33,181 nt of DNA, taken from the NCBI RefSeq assembly GCF_001194135.2, contig NC_068993.1:53778940-53812120 (forward strand). The letters run 5' to 3'. Positions within the stretch are counted from its first letter, which is position 1; every line of letters begins with the position of its first letter. This stretch comes from Octopus bimaculoides. Lineage: Eukaryota. The notes below the pieces were generated by a model. That model was not told the origin of the DNA, made no database searches, and saw nothing but the letters and a program-made list of their open reading frames with translations. Positions 1-10,490 of this stretch are shown here, in pieces. The position numbers and the translations under genes are program-made.

Positions 1-35
1 ACTCTGTTAAGTCATAAAATAACGCGCTCGCGCAT

Positions 36-197
36 GCACACACACATATACACACACACACACGAGCACACACACACACGAGCACACACACACACGAGCA
101 CACACACACATGTGCACACACACACACATGAGCACACACACACATACACGCACGCGCATCCACACCAACTCACCCACCCACCCAAAAGACACACACT

Positions 198-230
<33 letters not shown>

Positions 231-237
231 ACACAAG
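36..237. repeat. Compound (CA)n microsatellite with interspersed CACGAG variants
   Basis: Directly visible. It explains the three overlapping VCVC/HTHT ORFs. Confidence 0.95.
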
Positions 238-681
238 CAGGTTATAAATCAAAACACCAGTCTTTGTCAGGTCAAACGAGTGTCGTCTGCTCATAAAACG
301 TGTTTATTTTGATTTTAAACCCCGCACTTCTTCCCACAAAGGTCGTCTTTCTGCCGTTCGTATCAGTATCATTAATAAACTGACAGTCTATATTTTAGTT
401 GAGAGAGTATTATGGTTGAAGGTTTATCAGATATTTCGCAGATGACGCGTGAATAGTACTTCATTATTGTGCCAATTTATTGTCTGAAAAACTGAGCCAT
501 TAAAAATTAAATGTATATGCCTAAAATAGACCGTTATTGGATGGATACGAACTGCTGGACTAGTTTTCTTTAGCCAGATAAACAAACGTTTGATCGACAG
601 ACCAGCTGCCATTCCCTTGCTAGATCACCACCGGTAGAGTAGAGCTGTGTTTATCATAAAACATCTATTTTCACTTCACTG

Positions 682-1022
682 ATATTATTATTAGTTCGTC
701 CGTCGTTGTCGACGATGACCAAGGACATCATACGGCAGAAGAAGACGGTACATGGTGTATCCTGTTGTGGCCAAGCTGTCCGATGTGTGCTCGGAAGGCT
801 CTGCTGCAGGGCGGGCACTGGAAGTCTGTTGGAACTGAATGCAAGAGTTGACTCTGGACTTGAGTAGTTCGCGTTTTTCTCGTGCCCTTGCAATCTTGTT
901 CTGTTTATTGGAGGTGGCACCTTTGTTGGTGCAGTTTCGCCAAGCAGGGCGGTCGTGTGATTGCGTTTCTTAGGTATCGGGGTTGAAGTTAAAGATCTTC
1001 AGTGATACTTGGACGCTTTTCG
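682..1022 (-). mobile_element. RTE-clade LINE 3' end (decayed ORF C-terminus, 3' UTR, (AAT)n tail)
   Basis: Manual minus-strand translation with frameshifts gives (K)VSLKIFNFNPDT*ETQSHDRPAWRNCTNKGATS and then a C2H2 finger CPPCSRAFRAHIGQLGHNRIH (stop at 728-730). This is followed by the terminus GGTCATCGTCGACAACGACGGACGAAC and (TAA)n. All are typical of RTE/BovB-like elements. Confidence 0.85.
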
Positions 1023-1024
1023 AA

Positions 1025-1278
1025 AGCTACGCCAAAAAGCTAAACCGTTTCCACATGAAATCACCTAGCAAGACAAAGTGCCAGGCACGGAGGTCCTCTC
1101 TCGAGCGGATTTGCATGGCATTTACAAACAGCTGAGGAGAACGCAAGTCAGGTGGGCAGACTACCTCGTTCGAATGCCTGACACGTGACTCCTCAAGAAA
1201 CTGTTTCAAAGCGAAATGGCGGATGCAAGTTGGAGAGCAAAACAGACAGACAAAGTAGGCAAAGAGCTTCAAGTACAC
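1025..1278 (+). mobile_element. RTE-clade LINE fragment (post-RT region), inverted relative to 682-1022
   Basis: Plus-strand translation gives AKKLNRFHM..IT*QDKVPGTEVLSRADLHGIYKQLRRTQVRWADYLVRMPDT*LLKKLFQSEM and ends near a KRFKDT-like motif. This matches the conserved RTE ITWQDK...RWAGH..RM.D.R motif. Confidence 0.9.
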
Positions 1279-2039
1279 AAAACCTCAGTTCACCGTAACA
1301 AGCTGGTGAACCACTCAGCAGTTTTGTATTTCGACTGTGGTGCTTGTAGTTAGTGACACAGCCGTTAGCAGTTAACTGTGTTGGTTAGGAACACGGTTCT
1401 CGCCTTCGATTTACTACACCAAGCTGAAGAACACTCAGTGGTTTTACAATATTTAGTCTGTAGTACTTCCAACTGAATAGGCCGAGCCGCTGGCAACTAT
1501 GTGTGTTGTTAATAACAACTTACTATTAGCGCCAAATATTAATGGTGACAAGACACGAACTACCGACCTCTCGATTGCTTGTCTGGTATACTATACCCTC
1601 AGCTATCAATTACTCCACTGGATATGCTACATCAGTTGTTCTCAATGAGAAATCTCGAGTTTCACCTCCCAAAATCTATTATTGATATTTTTTGTACTAA
1701 AACATCCCAAGCCTTTAGGATGCTTATGACCCGAACCGATCTTGAACCGTTTCAAATGTTTTGATCGTCGTTGAATGTTAGTTATCATCACGAAGTATAA
1801 TTTTGTGGCATTAAAAAAAAAAAAATGAGAATTTGTGGAAGCCTAAAGTGTACCACTAAATGCATTTAATAATTATACTCTAAAAATGCTATTTATTTCT
1901 AATTGGAAGAGTTCAACAAATGAACTGAGAATTCAATACTGAACAATAGTAGATTTTCTAAGCTAAGCTCCCCAGAGAAGAAAATGAAAATATATTAAGA
2001 GATTAAATGGGAAGCATTGTTTTCGGCAAAGGCATGACC

Positions 2040-2844
2040 NNNNNNNNNNNNNNNNNNNNNNNNNNNNNNNNNNNNNNNNNNNNNNNNNNNNNNNNNNNNN
2101 NNNNNNNNNNNNNNNNNNNNNNNNNNNNNNNNNNNNNNNNNNNNNNNNNNNNNNNNNNNNNNNNNNNNNNNNNNNNNNNNNNNNNNNNNNNNNNNNNNNN
2201 NNNNNNNNNNNNNNNNNNNNNNNNNNNNNNNNNNNNNNNNNNNNNNNNNNNNNNNNNNNNNNNNNNNNNNNNNNNNNNNNNNNNNNNNNNNNNNNNNNNN
2301 NNNNNNNNNNNNNNNNNNNNNNNNNNNNNNNNNNNNNNNNNNNNNNNNNNNNNNNNNNNNNNNNNNNNNNNNNNNNNNNNNNNNNNNNNNNNNNNNNNNN
2401 NNNNNNNNNNNNNNNNNNNNNNNNNNNNNNNNNNNNNNNNNNNNNNNNNNNNNNNNNNNNNNNNNNNNNNNNNNNNNNNNNNNNNNNNNNNNNNNNNNNN
2501 NNNNNNNNNNNNNNNNNNNNNNNNNNNNNNNNNNNNNNNNNNNNNNNNNNNNNNNNNNNNNNNNNNNNNNNNNNNNNNNNNNNNNNNNNNNNNNNNNNNN
2601 NNNNNNNNNNNNNNNNNNNNNNNNNNNNNNNNNNNNNNNNNNNNNNNNNNNNNNNNNNNNNNNNNNNNNNNNNNNNNNNNNNNNNNNNNNNNNNNNNNNN
2701 NNNNNNNNNNNNNNNNNNNNNNNNNNNNNNNNNNNNNNNNNNNNNNNNNNNNNNNNNNNNNNNNNNNNNNNNNNNNNNNNNNNNNNNNNNNNNNNNNNNN
2801 NNNNNNNNNNNNNNNNNNNNNNNNNNNNNNNNNNNNNNNNNNNN
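2040..2844. other. Assembly gap (largest of 14). Others approx.: 5483-5798, 6358-6366, 6943-7286, 11658-11860, 13547-13921, 14851-15158, 15921-16275, 19539-19755, 25873-25963, 26639-26863, 27348-27356, 28775-28886, 31969-32210
   Basis: Runs of N, most flanked by AT/AG/GT microsatellites as in short-read scaffolds. Confidence 0.99.
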
Positions 2845-2887
2845 TAGTAATAATGATAATAATGATGATGATGATAATGATGATGAA

Positions 2888-3123
2888 GGCGAGCTGGCAG
2901 AGTCGTTAGAATGCCGCTCAAAATGCTTAGCGTCATTTCGTCCATCTTCTGAGTTCAAATTCCGCCGAGGTTGACTTTGCTTTTCATCCCCTCGGGATCG
3001 ATAAAATAAGTACCAGTTGAGTATTGGGGTCGATGTAATCAACTTTCACCCCTCCACCACATCGAAATTGCTGGCCTTGTGCCTGAATTTGAAATCAATA
3101 ATAATAATAATAATAATAATAAT
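2888..3123 (+). mobile_element. tRNA-derived SINE, family A (octopus-type), with (AAT)n tail
   Basis: Head GGCGAGCTGGCAGAGTCGTTAG, B-box-like GAGTTCAAATTCC, body shared with other copies in this window, and an (AAT)n tail at 3097-3123. Confidence 0.85.
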
Positions 3124-3268
3124 GAAGGTCGAGCAGGCACAATCGACTTTTTTTCCATCTCTTCGGGGTCGGTGAAATAAGTACCAGTAATATACTGGGG
3201 TCGATGTAATTGACTTCCCCCTCCCTTCAGAAACTGCTGGCCCTATACCAAAATTTGAAACCATTATT
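3124..3268 (+). mobile_element. SINE family A, internally deleted copy in tandem
   Basis: Shares ..CGACTTT..CGGGGTCG..AAATAAGTACCAG..CTGGGGTCGATGTAAT..GCTGGCC..AATTTGAAA with the 2888 copy. Confidence 0.8.
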
Positions 3269-5118
3269 TTTTCTATGACAGTTTTTTCTGGATCAAGCAA
3301 CGTAGAATTGAATGTGTCTAAGGGTAGCTACGGCGATGAAAAACTATATATTTGACTGTTTATGTATTTCTGTACTTACTCAGGAATATAATATAAACCT
3401 AATAACACTTAAGTATACAGATATGTCGGAATTATCGCATTCCCTAACATGAATGGACATGATATAGATAAACTTAGAAAAAAAAAATTAAAAAGCCACT
3501 TACTATATTCAAAGAATTTGGTCTAAGCATTTCAGATCTGAAATAGTAAGTCTTCAGGATATAAGTAACACTAGAGAAATGTTTGAATGAAGAAACAATA
3601 TATGTAAACAAGAGATCAGATTCCTGTGTAGATAACCTTAGTGGACACATTTTTAATCTATTATTTGATAAGTGAGTATTCAATAAAGGTTCTCCATATT
3701 ACAACAGAGTCAACTGAGACTTAGCACGAAACCGTTTCAAAGATAAATTGTAATACATAGGACCCCACATCATGAATCGCTAGACACGGATATTGGAAAA
3801 TAATACTGTGTAGTCGTTTTATAGCATAAATATTTCGACAAATCTAGTGAAATTCTTTTTAATTTTGGTGTGGTCAGACATTCTCACTTCAAACAGACAC
3901 CAACATAAAACCCTTTCGTTCATCCGTCTCCTTTGTGTATTAATTCATCGAAATATCGTGAGGGTAGAGTCGTCAGGCATCTCCTCTATAGGCGACTCTC
4001 AGAAGCAACTATCATTACACTTTATGTTTATGAGGTTTATAACAATATTACCGCGGGAGCCAGAAATGACATCCAAAGCGTAAGCTTGAAGCATCTGTTT
4101 TCGTAGGTGTAGTTCACAAAGGTTTTTAAAAGGAAGAACATAAGGATAAGCGTTTCCTTCACACTTTCATTTCATATTTCAAAAAATATTCAGACAGTGA
4201 ATATTCAAAAGAAAATCAAGCTCGGTTTACCAGCAGATGATCGTAAACGAGTAACTCCGAGCACGGGAAATCGGAGCCTTTCAGTCATAATGTATGTATG
4301 TATGTATGACTGTAAACTAACAGGAATAAACTGTTATAGTAATTAGAGGGATAAATATTTCAAAATTATAATGAAAATATTTTTTCAAAACGTATAGCGT
4401 CTGAGGACGATTTAGAGCAATAATAAAAATGTTTATGTTATAATTCCGAAAGATTTCTTTCTCTAATTACTATAACAGCTCATTTCTGTAGGTTAGTTCT
4501 ACATCCTCTTTTAATATTTCAATGAGTAAAGTTTCTTATTAGAAAGCAAATTAAGCGTAATTGTTTTCTTAATTTTTTAATGGTTTCTACTCCGTGGCAT
4601 ACATAAGCTGTGAAACGACCACGTGTCCGTTGGCGACCATGAACGTTTGACTACTAGAAATAAAATCATGTATTTACAAGATATGGAATGTATGACGTAG
4701 TTATTTCAATATGCAGTTGATTACATTTTTTTCAAGAGCATCTTCGCATTAGTAGACTTATCATGACATAACCGCTTTAAACTCGAAAATTTTATTGAGC
4801 ACTCTCGCAAATTGTTTAGCACAAGGGAAATATTTTCGTCATGTTTGCGAAACATTTCAATAATTACTATATATTTTTCAGTCTACGAAGAAATGGTTAA
4901 ATTTGCCATGTTTGTATCTCTTCTACGGAGGTCTACATGTTATATAATACCTTGTCACTCTGTGGAGTGGCCTCTCCGTTGCCGGGGGCTGATATTATAT
5001 AAAGTGTTAAATAATTATAATGTGCAAATCAGTAGCTCCTGTTTTCTGGATCTACTGGACTTGTTAGTATAAACAGAATGGTAGCTTATTTCTTTGGATT
5101 AGTTAAGTGATGAAAAAC

Positions 5119-5162
5119 ACCTCTGATGAGACCCCAATAAGGTTCGAAAATTAATTTAGGCC
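5119..5162 (+). ncRNA. Putative minimal type I hammerhead ribozyme motif
   Basis: cct-CTGATGA-gacc(ccaataa)gg(t)tc-GAAA-attaatt-t-agg. The core boxes are intact, stem III is palindromic (AATTAATT), and stem I is only 3 bp. Confidence 0.45.
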
Positions 5163-5967
5163 ATTCTTCACTTTCCCAATCAACGGAAAGTCGTTAAATT
5201 TTCTATGTTCGTATTTCTTTTACATAGGATTATATATATATGTGTGTAGTGTGTGTGTTAGTGTGTGTATGTGTGTGTGCAGTTGTTTGTGTGAATCATC
5301 ATCTTCGTTCAATGCCCGTTTTCATGGTAGCATGGGTTGGGTATATGTATCTTACTTGTGTGTATGTGTTGTGTGAGTGCACGTTTGTACATGTACACAC
5401 AAACATGACAGCTAAAGAACGAAAACAATACTCTCACATTTAATACAAGTTGACACATCGCTATATATATATATATATATATNNNNNNNNNNNNNNNNNN
5501 NNNNNNNNNNNNNNNNNNNNNNNNNNNNNNNNNNNNNNNNNNNNNNNNNNNNNNNNNNNNNNNNNNNNNNNNNNNNNNNNNNNNNNNNNNNNNNNNNNNN
5601 NNNNNNNNNNNNNNNNNNNNNNNNNNNNNNNNNNNNNNNNNNNNNNNNNNNNNNNNNNNNNNNNNNNNNNNNNNNNNNNNNNNNNNNNNNNNNNNNNNNN
5701 NNNNNNNNNNNNNNNNNNNNNNNNNNNNNNNNNNNNNNNNNNNNNNNNNNNNNNNNNNNNNNNNNNNNNNNNNNNNNNNNNNNNNNNNNNNNNNNNNNGC
5801 ATAAATGTAATTCTTTTCCATATTCGCGGCTCCGATGATGCTATTGGGTGTTACCTAGGTACTCATCTATGATGAGGAGTCCACTGCATCCTATAGCAGA
5901 AACATCCGTAAGCTAATGAAGTACATAAGATAATCGTTTATTCCTTCGTCATCTCATTTTCTTATTA

Positions 5968-6002
<35 letters not shown>

Positions 6003-6276
6003 CCACACACATATACATGCATACATGTGTGTGTATTATTTATATATAGGTATATGTGTATATACACTAAAAATTCGACAATATACTCTATAGACTTGAT
6101 TTTTGTATAAATAGTTTATGGCCTCTATAACCAAGGGAAGTCGCTTCTAACAAAGAAATTTTGTCGAAATAGCATGACTCCACTTCAGTGTCTCCTTTCA
6201 TAATGGAGCATACATAAGTTCTTAAAATAAGGTTATACGTCGAGCACGCACGCACACACACACATGTATGTGTGTA

Positions 6277-6284
6277 GATAGATT

Positions 6285-6319
<35 letters not shown>

Positions 6320-6320
6320 T

Positions 6321-6354
<34 letters not shown>

Positions 6355-6366
6355 GANNNNNNNNNN

Positions 6367-6408
<42 letters not shown>
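6277..6408. repeat. (GATA)n followed by (GA)n microsatellite
   Basis: Directly visible, with a small gap between the two. Confidence 0.95.
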
Positions 6409-6411
<3 letters not shown>

Positions 6412-6889
6412 GTATATCATTACACGGTATACTTAAAAAAAAAACTATATTAAAATTAATTCCACTTCGTTCTCAGTACATTTCCATTCAGAAATTATGT
6501 AAGTTTACAGAAGCTGTCTTATAAGTATTTTAAATAAAACAAACGTAAAGCGCAGGGGCCGGATTACCTAAAATTAACTTCTATATACATAAATAATATT
6601 GTCAATATCTTTTACTGCTGGTTCTTTTTTTTATTTTTTTATCTAGTGTTATAGGACAGGGGACATTACTCTGATGCGATTCTAAGGAGTTATATGCTCC
6701 TTTAAATACTAGGGTCCTTTCAGCGTTTCTTTTACATGCTGAAGGTCGTGTGTCATGGAAGAGTAGAAGAGAGGAATGTCGTTATATCTTTGAACAGCTG
6801 GCTGCAGGTTTATGTAAATAAGCAAGAGGGAATTTAGCTTAAATCAAGGCAAATTATCCTGTTGAATGTTATGGACATGAAGTAAGAGA

Positions 6890-6942
<53 letters not shown>

Positions 6943-7380
6943 NNNNNNNNNNNNNNNNNNNNNNNNNNNNNNNNNNNNNNNNNNNNNNNNNNNNNNNNNN
7001 NNNNNNNNNNNNNNNNNNNNNNNNNNNNNNNNNNNNNNNNNNNNNNNNNNNNNNNNNNNNNNNNNNNNNNNNNNNNNNNNNNNNNNNNNNNNNNNNNNNN
7101 NNNNNNNNNNNNNNNNNNNNNNNNNNNNNNNNNNNNNNNNNNNNNNNNNNNNNNNNNNNNNNNNNNNNNNNNNNNNNNNNNNNNNNNNNNNNNNNNNNNN
7201 NNNNNNNNNNNNNNNNNNNNNNNNNNNNNNNNNNNNNNNNNNNNNNNNNNNNNNNNNNNNNNNNNNNNNNNNNNNNNNNNNNNNNNGGGAGAAAGAGAGG
7301 GAAAATGGGACAAACAGTCAGAGAGATTGAACTAGTGGACTGGGGAAAAAATATTGTAATTATGTGTTGTGTGTGAGGAG

Positions 7381-7555
7381 CAGTGGGCGTAGCCAGATTC
7401 TCAAGTTAGTGGGAGCGACTCATAGGAAAAAAAAAAGGCACCGTGACACACATCAAATAATTTTCAACTGATTGATTATATTTTTTACAAGGGGCCCCAA
7501 TTACGAAAAAACGTGCTCGGGGATAGCGGTGGCTCCCTTTGTTCCCCTGGTGAGG
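7381..7555 (+). mobile_element. Possible MITE remnant (CAGTGGGCGTAGCCAG head)
   Basis: The start resembles CAGTGGCGTAGCC-type non-autonomous elements, with GC-rich GGGGCCCC and CCCCTGG segments. No matching 3' TIR was found. Confidence 0.3.
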
Positions 7556-8032
7556 AGGAAAAGCTCTAGTGCAAATCTATTACTAAATCTAAACTTGAAG
7601 CTACAAGAATTTCTGGCAAATATTTGTGCACCACGCATCACTTGTATACATAATGAAACCCAAGAAGTCGACAAGCATATTAGTTCGATGGGGCTCTTTT
7701 CCAGGGTGCAGTACGAATATTGCCCGGAACTGATTAATTGATTTTGCTGTATCAGGATTCGATCCTGTTACTCTATACAGCGAAACAGCGCATCAATATC
7801 TGCTTATTCGAGTTTATTCTTTTACCTATTCTATCCTCAGATTTGTGTATTAAATGTTACGAGCTCCGTCGCCTTGTACATAGCCAAAAGCTGAATACAA
7901 ACCGAGAGAAATTGATCCATTCGGCCATTGCAAAGCATCACTGTTTTGGGAAATACGATTTAACCTTAAAGCTTTTCTCTATCTTCAGAGAGATTCTGTA
8001 ACGAATGAAGGAAATGATAGGTTTATAATAAT

Positions 8033-8222
8033 CATTTCTGCTCTAGGGGGTGGCCAGTCGATTAGACCGACAGCAGTACGCAACTGGTACATAATTTATC
8101 AACCCAGAAAGGATGAAAGGTAAAGTTGACCTCGGCGGAATTCGAACTCAGAACGCAACGGCAGACGAAATACCGCTAAGCGTTTCGCCTGGCGTGCTAA
8201 CGTTTCTGCCAGCTTGCCGATC
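8033..8222 (-). mobile_element. SINE family A with 18-bp target-site duplication
   Basis: Reverse complement of the family A head and body. The identical repeat TGATAGGTTTATAATAAT sits at 8015-8032 and 8223-8240. Confidence 0.92.
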
Positions 8223-8736
8223 TGATAGGTTTATAATAATAAGATGACAAATATTTTTAGCAGAAGGTGTAAAAGAGATGAAAAGAAACTAATCGATAGA
8301 CATTTTGTCTAGCAGCTGGATATTGTCAGAACAACAATGATAAGTGGTCTAGGCAAGAGAGCACCTAATCTGATGAGTACTTACGGACTACTTCAAAATA
8401 AACCTCTTCTACTAAATTGTGTTTCCTACTAAATATGTTATTCATATATGAAGAACAAAAATTAGTTTAGAAATTAAACGCTCGCTACTCGAATCTGATA
8501 TTATTATTAGACAGTAGCAATCGTAACTTATTGCGTGCTTAAGTAACTATTTACCAAACATATTAGTTATCAATACTAATGTTGCTTAATTCGGTAGTTT
8601 GTTATGCGATCTTATGCTGAGGAAATTTAGTTTTATGAAAGTTCATTGAGAGCAAACCTCGATAATATCACTGAAGTGTTATGGATTAAAAGGCGTTTGC
8701 GTAATAAAGAATAAAGATATAAAAATGAAATATTTA

Positions 8737-9222
8737 GGTGCAGGAGTGGCTGTGTGGTAAGTAGCTTGCCTAACTGTGCCTCAGTTCAAAGACATAATGA
8801 AATTGTAAAGTAAGAGGTTTATAGCCTCAATTTGTAAATTTGTGTAATTTATAAAAGAACAATGATTTACAGAAGCAGAGTTTGGCGGGCGGTTTCTGTC
8901 TTCTCCCATTAATATCATCATATTCACCATTCATCTCATCTCATTAATGTACTTGTCCATCCCGCAGCTACTCATCTTTGTACTGCCTTCGTGGCAAATT
9001 GAAATGAAATAAAGTAGCTTGCTTAACCACGCGGTTTCGGGTTCAGTCCCACTGCGTGGCACCTTGGGCAAGTTGGTGTGTTTACGTCCCCATAATCTAT
9101 CGGTTCGGTAAAAGAGACCGATAGAATAAATACTAGACTTACAAAGAATAAGTCCTGGGGTCGATTTGCTCGACAGTGCTCCAGCATAGCCGCAGTCAAA
9201 TGACTGAAACAAGTAAAAGAAT
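8737..9222 (+). mobile_element. tRNA-derived SINE family B (CORE-like central segment), interrupted by an insertion, 14-bp TSD
   Basis: Head GGTGCAGGAGTGGCTGTGTGGTAAGTAGC, B-box-like GGGTTCAGTCCC, ACCTTGGGCAAGT, and 3' end CAGTCAAATGACTGAAACAAGTAAAAGA. TSD AAATGAAATATTTA at 8723-8736 and 9223-9236. It lacks the central segment present in the 20283 copy. Confidence 0.9.
8775..9011 (+). mobile_element. 5'-truncated non-LTR retroelement 3' end nested in SINE B, 16-bp TSD
   Basis: Flanked by AAGTAGCTTGC(C/T)TAAC at 8759-8774 and 9012-9027. It ends in a small stem-loop TGCC-TTCGT-GGCA and a (GAAAT)2 tail. The family is unassigned. Confidence 0.7.
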
Positions 9223-9693
9223 AAATGAAATATTTAATTAATTAGCTATTCAGGTTTTAGTCCTGTATAAAGTGTAACGAGAGTTTATTAAAATGGGAGG
9301 GAAACCTTGACTGGAATAATTATACATATGTTTACAATTAGTGCAGTGCTGCACTCTTTATTCTAGATTTTCAGTTCCGTTTTGCCTGTGAAAACGCATT
9401 CGGTTTACTTTTAAACAAAAATAAACCATTTCACTCAAAGGAAACACATTTTAGGAAACGTGGAAAGACGTACTTTAGAAAGTTTATTTTAGTTTTGTGT
9501 TTGGTTTGCAAGGTTCTTGATGTTAATTCGCGCCTTTAAACAAGTTCAGTCGCGTTTTGGGAGAGTCATTACGCCAATAATAAGAACACACACACAAGTT
9601 CAATTCCACTTCTGTATTATTAGTCAATTTGTTAAGTATCAAACCAGCTAATCAATTAAAGAATCAATCGTTTGCTCAATGTGCTGGTTAAAC

Positions 9694-9877
9694 AATCGAT
9701 CGGTCGTTTGTTTGTCCATCAAAGTTCTGTCGTGGCTGTTCGCACCCTTGACTCCCATAAGACCAACTCTTAAATAGACAAAGCAGACTTTGGAGCGTGT
9801 TGGGAGTCACGGGTCACTGAAAAGGTTGCAAAGAACAACGAAAGAACTTTGACGGACAAACAAACAAACGATCGATT
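9694..9877. repeat. Long nested inverted repeat / hairpin (MITE-like or structured RNA)
   Basis: Outer arms 9694-9728 and 9843-9877 pair at 32/35. The inner stem 9745-9757 with 9801-9813 pairs at 12/13. Confidence 0.85.
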
Positions 9878-9896
9878 TGCTAGTCAATTGGTTAGA

Positions 9897-10192
9897 CATA
9901 CAGTGACTGGCAGTAGTCGCATGGAGAGTGTTAGTCATACACTGGCTGGCCATCATACACTGACTGTTGGTCATACTGGTACTGGTACTGATCAAACAGT
10001 TGATGCTGTTGATCATACATTAACTATTACTCATCAATGATCATACATTGACTGTTTTATGGCCATACACTGACTGATAGTGTTCATACATAAACTGAGT
10101 CATACGCTGACTGTTGGTAGTCAGACGTTAACTATTGGTGGTCATACACTATCTGATAGTGACCATACATTGTTTGATAATGGACATACAGG
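9897..10192 (+). repeat. Degenerate minisatellite, about 21-bp unit (CATACACTGACTGTTGGTAGT-like), about 14 units
   Basis: CAT/CAA/CAG-AC unit starts at 9897, 9936, 9954, 9972, 9993, 10014, 10042, 10064, 10085, 10101, 10122, 10143, 10164 and 10185. Confidence 0.8.
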
Positions 10193-10335
10193 AAAATACA
10201 ATAATTGTTGATGGGCAGCACAGAATACTACATATATAAGATGATAGCTCAAAACTATATCCTTATCTCTCCCCACAATAACGGTGCTGTAGAAAATGTC
10301 GATTTTATTCCAGTTCTATTTCCAGCCAATATTTA

Positions 10336-10490
10336 GGCTTATATAAGAATAGGAGTTGACAGCGGCATTTCATCCGTCTTTACGTTCTGAGTTCAAATTC
10401 CGCCGAGATCGACTTTGCGTTTCAGCCTTTGGGAACACTAGGTCGACATAATCAACTTAGACCTTTCCCCGAAATCGCTGGCCTTTGAAA
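10336..10490 (+). mobile_element. SINE family A, degraded head and internal deletion
   Basis: Contains TACGTTCTGAGTTCAAATTCCGCCGAGATCGACTTTGC. It is bracketed by CCAATATTTA at 10326-10335 and 10491-10500, a possible TSD. Confidence 0.8.

Noticed and set aside
654-1278. ORFs 654-920 and 1027-1278 as genes
   Set aside because: They are off-frame or antisense readings of the RTE fragments.
1299-1448. Roughly 30-bp imperfect direct repeat (CAAGCTG..CACTCAG..GTTTT) with small hairpins
   Set aside because: Only about 22/30 identical, with no recognisable element or RNA fold.
2888-2970. tRNA-like heads of SINEs as tRNA genes
   Set aside because: They have A/B-box-like motifs but no complete cloverleaf, and they continue into SINE bodies.
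4194-4290. Possible exon TVNIQKKIKLGLPADDRKRVTPSTGNRSLSVI
   Set aside because: The acceptor is weak, the donor is supplied by a (GTAT)n repeat, and the peptide is unrecognised.
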